64,000 nucleotides of DNA, taken from assembly GCA_963778655.1 (NCBI GenBank), contig CAVZVA010000011.1, forward strand, positions 224,001 through 288,000, written 5' to 3'. Shown piece after piece: positions 29,371 to 38,192 of the stretch. The notes beneath the pieces were generated by a model. That model was not told the origin of the DNA. It was given only the letters and a program-made list of their open reading frames with translations, and ran no database searches. The DNA is from an uncultured delta proteobacterium. Lineage in GTDB: Bacteria; Myxococcota_A; Polyangia; Polyangiales; JAFGIB01. The first letter of the stretch is position 1. Every line of letters begins with the position of its first letter. Both the position numbers and the translations under genes were made by a program.

Positions 29371-30301
29371 GCCGCTGCCTGAACCAGGCGACTGTCTCGG
29401 CCAGACCCCGGGCCAGCAGCGTGGGCGGGTGCGTGGTGTGCAACGCGCCGCCATCGAGCACGGAGCGCTCGACGTCGCCCGGCCGGCGCGGTGCGTAGCT
29501 GAGCGCGGGCTCCACCCCGACCGCCGTGCCGAGCTCGCGCGCCAGTGCGAGCGTGCTCGTGGCCTCGCCCGTGCAGACGTTGACGACCGGCTCGACGAAC
29601 ACCCCGTCCACCGCCATGCGGTTGCAGGCGACCACGTCGCCGACGAAGACGTAGTCGCGCACGCAACCCGTATCGCCCAGCTCGCGCCGGGCGTTGATCT
29701 GCAGCGCCGCGCCGCTCAGCAAGCGCTCGCAGAAGATCGCCACCACGCCGGCCTCGCCGTGCGGATCCTGGCGCGGCCCGTACACGTTGGCGTAGCGCAG
29801 CACGGTGAAGTGCAGGCCGTGCTCGTGCGCGTACGCGCGCAAGTAGCACTCAACCGCGAACTTGGAGCAGGCGTAGGGGCTGAGTGGCCGCGGCGGCCAC
29901 TCGACGCTGGCGCGCTCGCCCTCCGGAACCTCGCCGTACACGGCGCCGCCGGTGCTGGCATAGACGATGCGACCGACGCCACAGCGGACGCTCTGCTGCA
30001 GCAGCTCCACGCTGCCGATGACGTTGATCTGGGCGTCGCGCACGGGCTCGCGCGTGCTGACCGCCACGCTGGTCTGCGCGGCCTGATGGCACACCACATC
30101 GGGGCCGACCTGGTCGAACACGCGGCGCAAGAAGCCGTCGTCGCGGATGTCACCCTGATGGAAAGCCGCGGCGGCCGGCACGTTCTGGCGGCTACCGGTG
30201 CTGAGGTCGTCGACCACGGCCACGACGTGGCCGTCGTGCAGCAGCGCTTCGGCGACGTGGCTGCCGATGAAGCCGGCGCCCCCTGTGACGAGCACTTTCA
30301 T
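29345..30301 (-). CDS. NAD-dependent epimerase/dehydratase (UDP-glucose 4-epimerase-like)
   Basis: VTGGAGFIGSH, STGGAVYG, YACSK (YxxxK), LRYANVYGPRQ. Confidence 0.9.
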   Translation of the reverse strand: MKVLVTGGAGFIGSHVAEALLHDGHVVAVVDDLSTGSRQNVPAAAAFHQGDIRDDGFLRRVFDQVGPDVVCHQAAQTSVAVSTREPVRDAQINVIGSVELLQQSVRCGVGRIVYASTGGAVYGEVPEGERASVEWPPRPLSPYACSKFAVECYLRAYAHEHGLHFTVLRYANVYGPRQDPHGEAGVVAIFCERLLSGAALQINARRELGDTGCVRDYVFVGDVVACNRMAVDGVFVEPVVNVCTGEATSTLALARELGTAVGVEPALSYAPRRPGDVERSVLDGGALHTTHPPTLLARGLAETVAWFRQRLSNPPRTG

Positions 30302-30392
30302 GCCGGCGAGCATAACCGGGGGTGCGTCTGAATTTCCACGAGCAAATCGCCGGCCACGCGCGGCTCGGCGCGCGCAGCCAGCGGCGGCTCGC

Positions 30393-30745
30393 TCACTGCC
30401 AGTTGCCGTTCTTGCGCTGGATGTCGACCCATGTCGACCCAGGGCTCCGCGCACAGGATGCAGCTGTCTCCGTAGAAGTACTTCTTGGCGCCCTGGTCGC
30501 CGTGGATCCACAGCCGCAGCCAGGCGATCGCGGGCGCGCGCTCGTCGCCCGCATCGCCTACGGGGTAGAGGTGTCCTCCGAAATCCGCGTTCGATGCCGT
30601 CCCACCGGTGGGCGAGTCGTAGCCATGACGTGGAGCGTGGCCATGATCGCCGGCACCTTGGTCGAGCGGTCGTAGCAGGGCTTGACGTAGTTGTCCTTGG
30701 TCACGAAGCCGTCGGCGGTCGAGGTCAAGAGCAGCAGCGGACCCA
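30393..30745 (-). pseudogene. C-terminal remnant of a secreted cutinase/dienelactone-hydrolase-like alpha/beta hydrolase
   Basis: GPLLLLTSTADGFVTKDNYVKPCYDRSTKVPAIMATLHV, frameshift near 30625, GYDSP...GGHLYPVGDAGDERAPAIAWLRLWIHGDQGAKKYFYGDSCILCAEPWVD, 10-bp tandem duplication 30421-30440, IQRKNGNWQ*; no 5' half. Confidence 0.7.
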
Positions 30746-30793
30746 GGACGCGAGCGCGCCTGCGCAGCCCGATCGCAGGGCATGTCGCTTAAA

Positions 30794-30826
30794 CTTCAGC
30801 CGGTGCCCGAAGAGCACCGGCCGAAG
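30794..30826 (-). terminator. hairpin terminator of the putative 6S RNA
   Basis: Minus strand CTTCGGCCGGTGC-TCTTCGG-GCACCGGCTGAAG followed by TTT. Confidence 0.6.
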
Positions 30827-30827
30827 C

Positions 30828-31023
30828 AATCCGTACCGTCGTGAGCGTATATCTGGCAGCAAGAATCTTCCGTTGTTAGGTGGGAGCTGGTGTCCGCCGC
30901 TTTAGGCTTCCCGATGACGATCGTCGGGCCGGCTCACCGCGATGGAGTTTGACTCCCTAGGTTCAACAGAAGTACGAAGATTCTTTGCCTCCCAGAGTGA
31001 CCTCGCATCTCGACAGAGGGATC
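30828..31023 (-). ncRNA. ssrS: 6S RNA (probable)
   Basis: About 196-nt rod: ends pair (GATCC/GGATT, CTGTCG/CGACGG, TCTGG/CCAGA, AAGAATCTTC/GAAGATTCTT, GGGAG/CTCCC) around a central bubble; apical CCCG..CGGGAAGCCTAAAG resembles 6S consensus; flanked by promoter and terminator. Confidence 0.72.
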
Positions 31024-31030
31024 GACTCTT

Positions 31031-31059
31031 AACCTAAGTGCGCGCTTCGGCGCGGTCAA
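31031..31059 (-). promoter_or_regulatory. sigma70-type promoter for the putative 6S RNA
   Basis: TTGACC (31059-31054), 17-nt spacer, TAGGTT (31036-31031). Confidence 0.65.
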
Positions 31060-31103
31060 GGCCGCAGCTCGTCTCGTAACCTCACGGTTACATCGCGCGC
31101 GCA

Positions 31104-31661
31104 TCAACGGGATTTGCGGCCAAGCCAGGGCACGTCGGAGACCTTGGCACGGAAGTTGGCGTGCCGCGCCATGACGAAAAGTAGATCGCTCGCACGGTTG
31201 ACAAAGCGCAGCAGCTCGCTTCGCACGGGCTCGGCCGCCTGCAATGCGACCAGCTTACGTTCCGTCCGGCGGCAGACGGTGCGCGCCACGTGCAGCGCCG
31301 CGGCCTGCGCGCAGCCTCCCGGCAGGATGAAGCTCTGCAGCGGCGGCAGGTCCTCGCTCAGCTCGTCGATCGCGTGCTCGATCTCCTCGACGTCGCGATC
31401 GTCAAGCAGCGCGACCCCGAGCTCCACGTCCTTGCCGGGCACGCGCGCGAGCTCGGCGCCGAGCGTGAACAGCTGGTTCTGCAGCGACCGCAGCAGCTCG
31501 GCGGCGCGACGGTCTTCGCACTGCGCGAGCACCACGCCGAGCGCGCTGTTGAGCTCGTCGACGTCGCCGTAGACCTCCACCCGCACGCTGGCCTTGGACA
31601 CGCGCGCCCCGCCGAACAGGCCGGTTTGCCCCTGATCCCCGCTCTTGGTGTAGATCTTCAT
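31104..31661 (-). CDS. PduO-type ATP:cob(I)alamin adenosyltransferase
   Basis: MKIYTKSGDQGQT, YGDVDELNS, FILPGG, RTVCRRTER, NRASDLLF. Confidence 0.93.
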   Translation of the reverse strand: MKIYTKSGDQGQTGLFGGARVSKASVRVEVYGDVDELNSALGVVLAQCEDRRAAELLRSLQNQLFTLGAELARVPGKDVELGVALLDDRDVEEIEHAIDELSEDLPPLQSFILPGGCAQAAALHVARTVCRRTERKLVALQAAEPVRSELLRFVNRASDLLFVMARHANFRAKVSDVPWLGRKSR

Positions 31662-31671
31662 CCTGCACGGC

Positions 31672-32628
31672 TCATGTAGCGAAGCACGCGCCGCTCTGCA
31701 AGCGCGTGCCGGCGCAGAACTGCTCGGCGCTCATACGCCGCCGGCCCTCGGGCTGGAGCTCGTCGAGCACGAGCACCCCTTCTCCACACGCGACCTCGAT
31801 GCCGTGGCGGTCCGCGCGCACGATGCACCCGGGCTCGCCATGCCGCCCGCCGGCCACCAGCACGTGCGCGCGATGCACCTTCACGCGCACGCCGCCGAGG
31901 AAGCTGTACGCGCCGGGCCAGGGATGGGTGCCGCGCACCAGATCGTGCAACGCGCGCGCCGGACGCGACCAGTCGAGGCGACCGTGCTGCTTGGTGAGCG
32001 GCGGCGCCAGCGTGGCGCGTGCGGCGTCCTGCGCGCGCGGCTGCAGCTCACCGCGCAGGTGGCGCGGGAGCTCCTCGCGCAGCAGCTCAGCGCCCAGCTG
32101 CGCGAGCCGCAGCGAGAGCTCGCCCGCGGTTTCTTGAGCGCCGATCTGGAGGCTCCTGCAGGCGAGCACGGGACCGGTGTCCATCCCCTCGTCCATCTGC
32201 ATCAGGCACATGCCGGTGCGGGTTTCACCGTTGAGGATCGCCCACTGGATCGGCGCCGCGCCGCGCAGCGCCGGCAACAGCGAGGCGTGCGCGTTGACGC
32301 AACCCAGGCGCGGCGCGCGTAGCAGCGCCGGCGGCAGAATGCGCCCGTAGGCGACCACCACCGCGACGTCGGCCTCGAGCCCGCGCAAGCGCGCGGCGAG
32401 CTGCTCGCTGCGCAGCTTGCGCGGCTGGATCACCTCGATGCCACGCTGCGCGGCGAGCTGCTTGACCGGCGGCGGGACGAGCTTCATGCCGCGCCCGGAG
32501 GGTCGATCGGGTTGGGTCACGACCAGCACCACCTGCCCCAGCTCGCACACAGCCTGCAGACAGGTCGCCGCGAGCTCCGGGGTGCCGAAGAAAATCATGC
32601 GCGGGGGTGTGGCGAGCGGAAGCGTCAT
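31672..32628 (-). CDS. fmt: methionyl-tRNA formyltransferase
   Basis: FFGTPE, VTQPDRPSGRG, VVAYG, NAHASLLP..RGAAPIQ, MDEGMDTG. Confidence 0.95.
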   Translation of the reverse strand: MTLPLATPPRMIFFGTPELAATCLQAVCELGQVVLVVTQPDRPSGRGMKLVPPPVKQLAAQRGIEVIQPRKLRSEQLAARLRGLEADVAVVVAYGRILPPALLRAPRLGCVNAHASLLPALRGAAPIQWAILNGETRTGMCLMQMDEGMDTGPVLACRSLQIGAQETAGELSLRLAQLGAELLREELPRHLRGELQPRAQDAARATLAPPLTKQHGRLDWSRPARALHDLVRGTHPWPGAYSFLGGVRVKVHRAHVLVAGGRHGEPGCIVRADRHGIEVACGEGVLVLDELQPEGRRRMSAEQFCAGTRLQSGACFAT

Positions 32629-32713
32629 GCGCTCCTTCCGCGCGGCCGGCAGCGCGCGCGCCGGGGCCGCGCCAGCGTCGAAGGGGCGGTCATGTAGCCT
32701 GTCCCGTGTCCCG

Positions 32714-33232
32714 TCACTCCGCCGCGTCGGCGGAGGCGCGCTTGAGCATCGCGCGGTGAACCAGCCGCCGGCGCAGCAGGCTCAAGCGATCGACCAGCAG
32801 CTTACCGTCCAGGTGGTCGTGCTCGTGCTGGATGGCGATCGAGAGCAAGCCCTCGGCCTCGAGCTCGAAGGGCTCGCCCTGCGGGTCCTGTGCCCGTACC
32901 GTGATGCGCTCGGCCCGGTCGACCTGCTCGTGGATGCCGGGAAACGAAAGGCAGCCCTCTTCCCAGCGCAGCTCGCCCACGTGCTCGACGATCTGCGGGT
33001 TGACGAAGGTGCGCAGGTCGCTCGGCGCGTCCTCGCCCGCAGCCACGTCGACCACGAACAGGCGCAGCGAGACTCCGATCTGCGGCGCCGCCAGGCCCAC
33101 GCCGGGCGCCGCGTACATGGTTTCGGCCATGTCGTCGACCAGCCGGCTCAGCTCCGCGTCGAAGCGCCTGACCGCCTCGCCCGGAATCCGCAGGCGCTTG
33201 TCGGGATAGTGCAATATCGGGCGTACAGCCAT
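32714..33232 (-). CDS. def: peptide deformylase
   Basis: GVGLAAPQ, EGCLS, QHEHDHLDG. Confidence 0.96.
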   Translation of the reverse strand: MAVRPILHYPDKRLRIPGEAVRRFDAELSRLVDDMAETMYAAPGVGLAAPQIGVSLRLFVVDVAAGEDAPSDLRTFVNPQIVEHVGELRWEEGCLSFPGIHEQVDRAERITVRAQDPQGEPFELEAEGLLSIAIQHEHDHLDGKLLVDRLSLLRRRLVHRAMLKRASADAAE

Positions 33233-33256
33233 TCGAGAAACCCTTTGCTTTGTCGC

Positions 33257-33285
33257 AATTTAACACCGCCCCCCCAGCCCGGCAA
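33257..33285 (-). promoter_or_regulatory. putative sigma70 promoter upstream of def
   Basis: TTGCCG, 17-nt spacer, TAAATT with a TGn extended -10. Confidence 0.45.
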
Positions 33286-33316
33286 GGGTGACAACACGCG
33301 CGAATCCAGAACAATC

Positions 33317-33380
33317 ACAGCAAGGCCGGAAGACGGGAAGCACAGATGGTTTTGTTCTTCCCGCCTTCCCGTCTTGCTGT
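33317..33380. repeat. palindromic element family A, copy 1
   Basis: 24-nt arms ACAGCAAGGCCGGAAGACGGGAAG / CTTCCCGCCTTCCCGTCTTGCTGT. Confidence 0.8.
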
Positions 33381-33407
33381 TGCACCTGCGAAGGGTCCGC
33401 TGCCGGG

Positions 33408-35690
33408 CTACAGCATGTTGACCGGGTCCACGTCGAGGCTGGCGCGCGCGGGGGCGACCTCGCCCAGCGCCGGCAGCAGCGCTCTGGCCACCGCACGCAG
33501 CGCGGCGCGGTCCGCGCCCTTGAGCATGAAGCGATAGCGGTAGCGCCCGCGCAGCCGCGCGATCGGCGCCGCAGCCGGACCCAGCAGCTCGACCTGCCGC
33601 GCGCGCACCGCGGGCTGCGCGCGGGCGATGCGCGCCAGGCTCTCGGCGGCATGGCTCGCGCGCGCCTCCTCGCCGGCCTCGATGCGCACCGCGACCAGCC
33701 GGCTGAACGGCGGATAGCTGAGCTCGCGCCGCGCCGCGCGCTCGCTGTGCAGAAAGCCGAGATAGTCGTGCGTTTGGGCGAAACGCACGGCCGGGTGATC
33801 GGGCATGTACGTCTGCAGGATCACCCGGCCGGGCCGCTCGCCGCGGCCGGCACGCCCGCCCACCTGCGCGAGCAGCTGGAAGGTGCGCTCGGCGGCACGG
33901 AAGTCTGGAAACGCCAGCGACTGATCGGCCAGGATCACGCCGACCAGCGTGACGCTCGGCACGTCGTGTCCCTTGGTCACCATCTGCGTGCCGACCAGGA
34001 TATCGACCTCGCGTGATCGCAGCCGATCGAGCACGGCCTCGACGCCCTCGCCGCTGGCGGTGTCTCGGTCCAGCCGCGCCACGCGCGCGGCCGGGAGCAG
34101 CTGGGCGAGCGTCTGCTCGAGCTGCTCGGTGCCCAGCCCGAGCTCCATCAGGTCGCGCGCGCCGCACAGCAGGCATACGCCGCGGTTGGGGCTGGAGAAA
34201 TCGCAGTAGTGGCAGCGCAGCACGCCCGCACCCTTGTGCGCGGTCAGCGCCACGCTGCAGGCCGGGCACTGCAGGATCTCGCCGCAGCCGTTGCAGCGCA
34301 CGCTGGGCGAAAACCCGCGTCGATTCAGAAACAGGATGGCCTGCTCGGAAGCGGCCAAACAGCTCTCGAGCGCGCGGTAGAGCGGCTCGCTCAGCAGCCG
34401 CTGCCCCGAACGCCCGCCGCGGTTGCGCGCCAGGTCCACGATCTCGACCGGCGGCAGCGGCTGCGGCGTGGCACGCTCGGGCAGGGTGAGCAGGCCGAGC
34501 TTGCCGCGCTCGGTCAGCTCATAGCTCTCGAGCGAGGGCGTGGCGCTGCCGAGCACGCACACAGCGTGCGCGCGGTGCGCGCGCAGCAGCGCCATGTCGC
34601 GGGCGTGATAGCGAAAGCCTTCCTCCTGCTTGAAGGAAGCGTCGTGCTCCTCGTCCACCACCACCACGCCGAGCCGCGCGACCGGCGCGAACAATGCCGA
34701 GCGCGCGCCGATCGCCAGCTGCACCCGGCCCTGGCGCAGGCTGCGCCAGGCGTCGTTGCGGTCGCGCTCGGAGAGCTCGCTGTGCAACACCGCGATCGCA
34801 TCGCCGAAGCGGCCGCGGAAACGCGAGACCAGCTGCGGCGTGAGCGCGATCTCGGGCACCAGCATCAACGCCCCCAGCCCGCGCGCGCGCGCCTCCGCGA
34901 TCACGCGCAGGTAGACCTCGGTCTTGCCCGAGCCGGTGACGCCGTGCAGCAGGAAGCCCCCGCCCTGGCCCAGCCGCGCGAGGATGGCCTCGACCGCGGC
35001 GCGCTGGGCCAGGTTGGGCTCCGGCGCCGGGACCCGCTGGACAGGGTCGGCGAAGAAGCGGTCGGCAGGAACCTCGCGCTCGCTGGTCGCAACCAGACCC
35101 TTGGCCTGCAGCGCGCGCAGCACCGCGCGCGGGCTCTTGAGGTGGCGGCGCAGCTCGTCGAGCGTCACCTCACCGCGCTCGCCGAGCAGCTGCAACAGCA
35201 CGCGCTGGCTCTTGCCCAGCCGCGCCGCCTCCGGCACGCCGGCGGTCAGGCGCACGCACAGCACGCGGCGGGTGGCGATGCGCGCGCCGGGCAGGCTCTC
35301 GCCGGCGGCCAGGAAGCCGCCGTCGCGCAGCGCGGCCACGGCCTCGCTCGGCAGCGCGGGCGCGGCCGCGCGCAGCACCTCGCCCAGCGGGTGCAGGTAG
35401 TAGTCCGCCGCCTGCTCGAGAAAGCCGAGCAGCTCCGCGTCGAACAGCGGCTGCGCGTCGAGCGCGCCGGCGATCTCCTTGATCCGCGTGCCCGCAGGCG
35501 GCGGCGCCGCCGGCCCCAGCACGAATCCGGCAAGCTTGCGTGCACCGAAGGGCACGGCCACGCGGCTGCCGGGCTGCAGCAGGCCGCGCAGCGCCTTGGG
35601 CACGCGGTAGGTGAAGCGGCGGCGCAGCGGCACCGGCACCACCACCTCCACGTGCTCGTGGTCCTCGCCCTGCAGCAGGGTCTGGCTCAT
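33408..35690 (-). CDS. priA: primosomal protein N' (replication restart helicase)
   Basis: LHGVTGSGKTEVY, VPEIALTPQ, VDEEHD, LNRRG, four CxxC pairs, GTQMVTKGHD. Confidence 0.96.
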   Translation of the reverse strand: MSQTLLQGEDHEHVEVVVPVPLRRRFTYRVPKALRGLLQPGSRVAVPFGARKLAGFVLGPAAPPPAGTRIKEIAGALDAQPLFDAELLGFLEQAADYYLHPLGEVLRAAAPALPSEAVAALRDGGFLAAGESLPGARIATRRVLCVRLTAGVPEAARLGKSQRVLLQLLGERGEVTLDELRRHLKSPRAVLRALQAKGLVATSEREVPADRFFADPVQRVPAPEPNLAQRAAVEAILARLGQGGGFLLHGVTGSGKTEVYLRVIAEARARGLGALMLVPEIALTPQLVSRFRGRFGDAIAVLHSELSERDRNDAWRSLRQGRVQLAIGARSALFAPVARLGVVVVDEEHDASFKQEEGFRYHARDMALLRAHRAHAVCVLGSATPSLESYELTERGKLGLLTLPERATPQPLPPVEIVDLARNRGGRSGQRLLSEPLYRALESCLAASEQAILFLNRRGFSPSVRCNGCGEILQCPACSVALTAHKGAGVLRCHYCDFSSPNRGVCLLCGARDLMELGLGTEQLEQTLAQLLPAARVARLDRDTASGEGVEAVLDRLRSREVDILVGTQMVTKGHDVPSVTLVGVILADQSLAFPDFRAAERTFQLLAQVGGRAGRGERPGRVILQTYMPDHPAVRFAQTHDYLGFLHSERAARRELSYPPFSRLVAVRIEAGEEARASHAAESLARIARAQPAVRARQVELLGPAAAPIARLRGRYRYRFMLKGADRAALRAVARALLPALGEVAPARASLDVDPVNML

Positions 35691-36742
35691 GGCTGCTGCG
35701 CACCCAGGCCGGCGAAGATCGCGGCCAGCGCGACGTAGCTCGCGGGCGGCACCTGCTCGGTCAGCTCGAGCCGAAACAGCAGCGCGACCAGCGCCGGCTC
35801 GAAGCGCACCGGCACGCCGTCCTGCTCCGCTCGGGCGCGCAGGCGCGAGCACAACGCGCCTTGCGCCTTGGCCAGCAGGCGAGGCGCGCGCTGGCTCGCG
35901 TCCGCAGGGTCGAATGCGAGCGCGACCGCGCGTCCCGAAGCGTCGAGCAACAGCACGCTGGCCTGCGCCAGCTCGGAGAGCGCGATCTGGGCGCGCGCCT
36001 GCTGCAACAACCGAGCGCGGCGCTCGCGCAGCTCGACCGGCCCGTGGCTCTCGCGCAGCTCCTCGCCGAGCTCGCGCCGGCTCATCCGCAGCTGGCGCGC
36101 GTGGCGCACGCGGCGCAGCGCCAGATCCGCGAGCCCGAGCAAGGCCGCGGCCAGCGCCAGCCGCAGCGCCAGGCTCTGCACGGCCAAGGCGAGCACGCCG
36201 AGCGCGCGCGGGGCGCTGCCGGCCGGCAGTGCGAACAGGCCGCGCAGGTCGCGTGCGAGCAGGTAGGCGCCGAGCGCGAGCAGCAGCCCGAGCTTGCAGG
36301 CGGCCAACAGCGCCGAAAGCAGCGCGTCGGCCGAGAGCATGGCGCGCAGGCGCCGCGCGGGATCGAGCCTGCGCGCGTCGAAGCCGAGCGCGCCGCCGGC
36401 CAGCAGCGGGCCCACCTGCAAGAACCCTGCGAGCCAGGCGCCGAGCGCGATCGCGAGCAGCGCCCCGAGCAGCGGCCACGCCGCCTGCAGCGCCGGCTCG
36501 CGCAGCGAAACGGGCAGCGAGGCGGACGGCGACGGCTCGGCGGCGGCGCGCAGGCCGCGCAGCATCAGCTCGCGTAGCGCGTGCAGCGCGCGCGGCCCGG
36601 CCCAGGCGAGCGTGCCCAGCAACGCGAGCAGCCCCGTGGCTGCGCCGAGGTCGGGGCTGCGCGCCACCCTACCCGCGCGCCGCGCGCGCGCGCGCTTGCG
36701 CGGCGTCGCTTGCTCGGTGCCGGGCTCGTCCATCTCGTCCAT
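35687..36742 (-). CDS. FlhB/SctU (EscU/YscU) export-switch homologue, degenerate
   Basis: TEQATPRK..ARRAGRVARSPDL; TM segments; LRMSRRELGEELRESHG; AP.LLAK; NPTH position reads DASG. Confidence 0.8.
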   Translation of the reverse strand: MDEMDEPGTEQATPRKRARARRAGRVARSPDLGAATGLLALLGTLAWAGPRALHALRELMLRGLRAAAEPSPSASLPVSLREPALQAAWPLLGALLAIALGAWLAGFLQVGPLLAGGALGFDARRLDPARRLRAMLSADALLSALLAACKLGLLLALGAYLLARDLRGLFALPAGSAPRALGVLALAVQSLALRLALAAALLGLADLALRRVRHARQLRMSRRELGEELRESHGPVELRERRARLLQQARAQIALSELAQASVLLLDASGRAVALAFDPADASQRAPRLLAKAQGALCSRLRARAEQDGVPVRFEPALVALLFRLELTEQVPPASYVALAAIFAGLGAQQP

Positions 36743-36905
36743 GACCGCCGCAGCGCAGCGACCGCGCGGACGCCGCGCTCGCGCGCCGGCCCGCGACAGC
36801 CCGCGGCCGTGAGCATACTGGAAAGTCACCGGATGGGTAGCCAGAGCCGCGAACGCCGGTGAGCCGGGCATTGCAAGCGCGTGCGGCCCGACCGACAGTG
36901 GGCCG

Positions 36906-38114
36906 GTGTTTTCCACGCGCAGCCGTTTCGAGCGGCAGAAGAACCGGCTGGAGCTGGCGCGGCTCGCGGCGCTTTCGCGCGGGCAAGCACTGCTCGATCT
37001 GACCGAGTCCAACCCGACGCGCGCCGGGCTGCCCGCACTCGAGGGCGCGCTGGCGGCGCTCAGCGATTCGCGGGGGCAGCGCTACGACCCCGAGCCGTTC
37101 GGCCTGCCCGAAGCGCGCGCGGCGGTGTGCCGCTCGATGGCCGAGCAGGGCGTGCAGGTGGCGCCCGAGCGGGTGGTGCTGACGGCGAGCACCAGCGAGG
37201 CGTACGCCTTCCTGTTCAAGCTGTTGTGCGACCCGGGCGACGAGCTGCTGATGCCGGTACCGAGCTATCCGCTGTTCGAGCACCTGGCGCAGCTCGAAGC
37301 CGTGCGCGTCGCAGGCTACCCGCTTGCGTACGACGGGCGCTGGCACGTCTCGGCGCGCGCGCTCGCAGACGCGCGCCCGGCGCGCGCGCGCGCGCTGATC
37401 GCGGTGCACCCTAACAACCCCACCGGCAGCTATCTCAAGCACGACGAGCTCGCGGCCATGGCCGCGCTCGGGCTGCCGCTGATCAGCGACGAGGTGTTCG
37501 CGCCCTACCCGCTGTGCGAGGACCCGAGCCGCGTTGCGAGCGCGCTGTTGGCGCCCGAGCAGCTGGTGTTCAGCCTGCACGGGCTGTCCAAGCTCGCCGG
37601 CCTGCCGCAGCTCAAGCTGTCGTGGATCTGCGTGGGCGGGCCGGACGCGCAGGCGAGCGAGGCGCTGGCCCGGTTGGAGCTGATCGCGGACAGCTTTCTG
37701 TCCGTGTCCACGCCGGTGCAGCTCGCGTTGCCGGAGATTCTCGACTCACACGTCGTGCGCGACGCGATCCGCACGCGCTTGCGCCGAAACCTGGCCACGC
37801 TGCGGGCGCTCGCCGCGGGCACCGCGGCCGACGCGTTGCACGTGGAAGGCGGCTGGTACGCCACGCTGCGGCTGCCGGACGTCCAGGACGACGAAGCCTG
37901 GGCCCTGGACTTCCTGCAGAGGGACGCTGTGCTGGTACAACCGGGTTACTTCTACGGCTTCGGCACGGGCCAGTTCGCGGTGCTCAGCCTGCTGAGCGAA
38001 GAGCGCGCGTTCCAGGAGGGCGTGACGCGGATCCTGGAGCGCGTCGCGTCAACCGCCGGCGAACGGGAAGCGTTTTCAGAAGATCACAGGAAGACGGGAA
38101 GACGGGAAGAATGA
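36906..38114 (+). CDS. PLP-dependent aminotransferase class I/II
   Basis: DLTESNPT, PSYPLF, HPNNPTG, ISDEVF, GLSKLAGLPQLKL. Confidence 0.88.
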   Translation: MFSTRSRFERQKNRLELARLAALSRGQALLDLTESNPTRAGLPALEGALAALSDSRGQRYDPEPFGLPEARAAVCRSMAEQGVQVAPERVVLTASTSEAYAFLFKLLCDPGDELLMPVPSYPLFEHLAQLEAVRVAGYPLAYDGRWHVSARALADARPARARALIAVHPNNPTGSYLKHDELAAMAALGLPLISDEVFAPYPLCEDPSRVASALLAPEQLVFSLHGLSKLAGLPQLKLSWICVGGPDAQASEALARLELIADSFLSVSTPVQLALPEILDSHVVRDAIRTRLRRNLATLRALAAGTAADALHVEGGWYATLRLPDVQDDEAWALDFLQRDAVLVQPGYFYGFGTGQFAVLSLLSEERAFQEGVTRILERVASTAGEREAFSEDHRKTGRREE

Positions 38115-38174
38115 GGGTGCGCTTCGCGCTGGCCTCGGAATCCAAGGTTCCTTCCCGCCTTCCCGTCTTCCTGT
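38086..38174. repeat. palindromic element family A, copy 2
   Basis: ACAGGAAGACGGGAAGACGGGAAG / CTTCCCGCCTTCCCGTCTTCCTGT between convergent genes. Confidence 0.85.
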
Positions 38175-38192
38175 TTCATGACCCTTCGGTCC

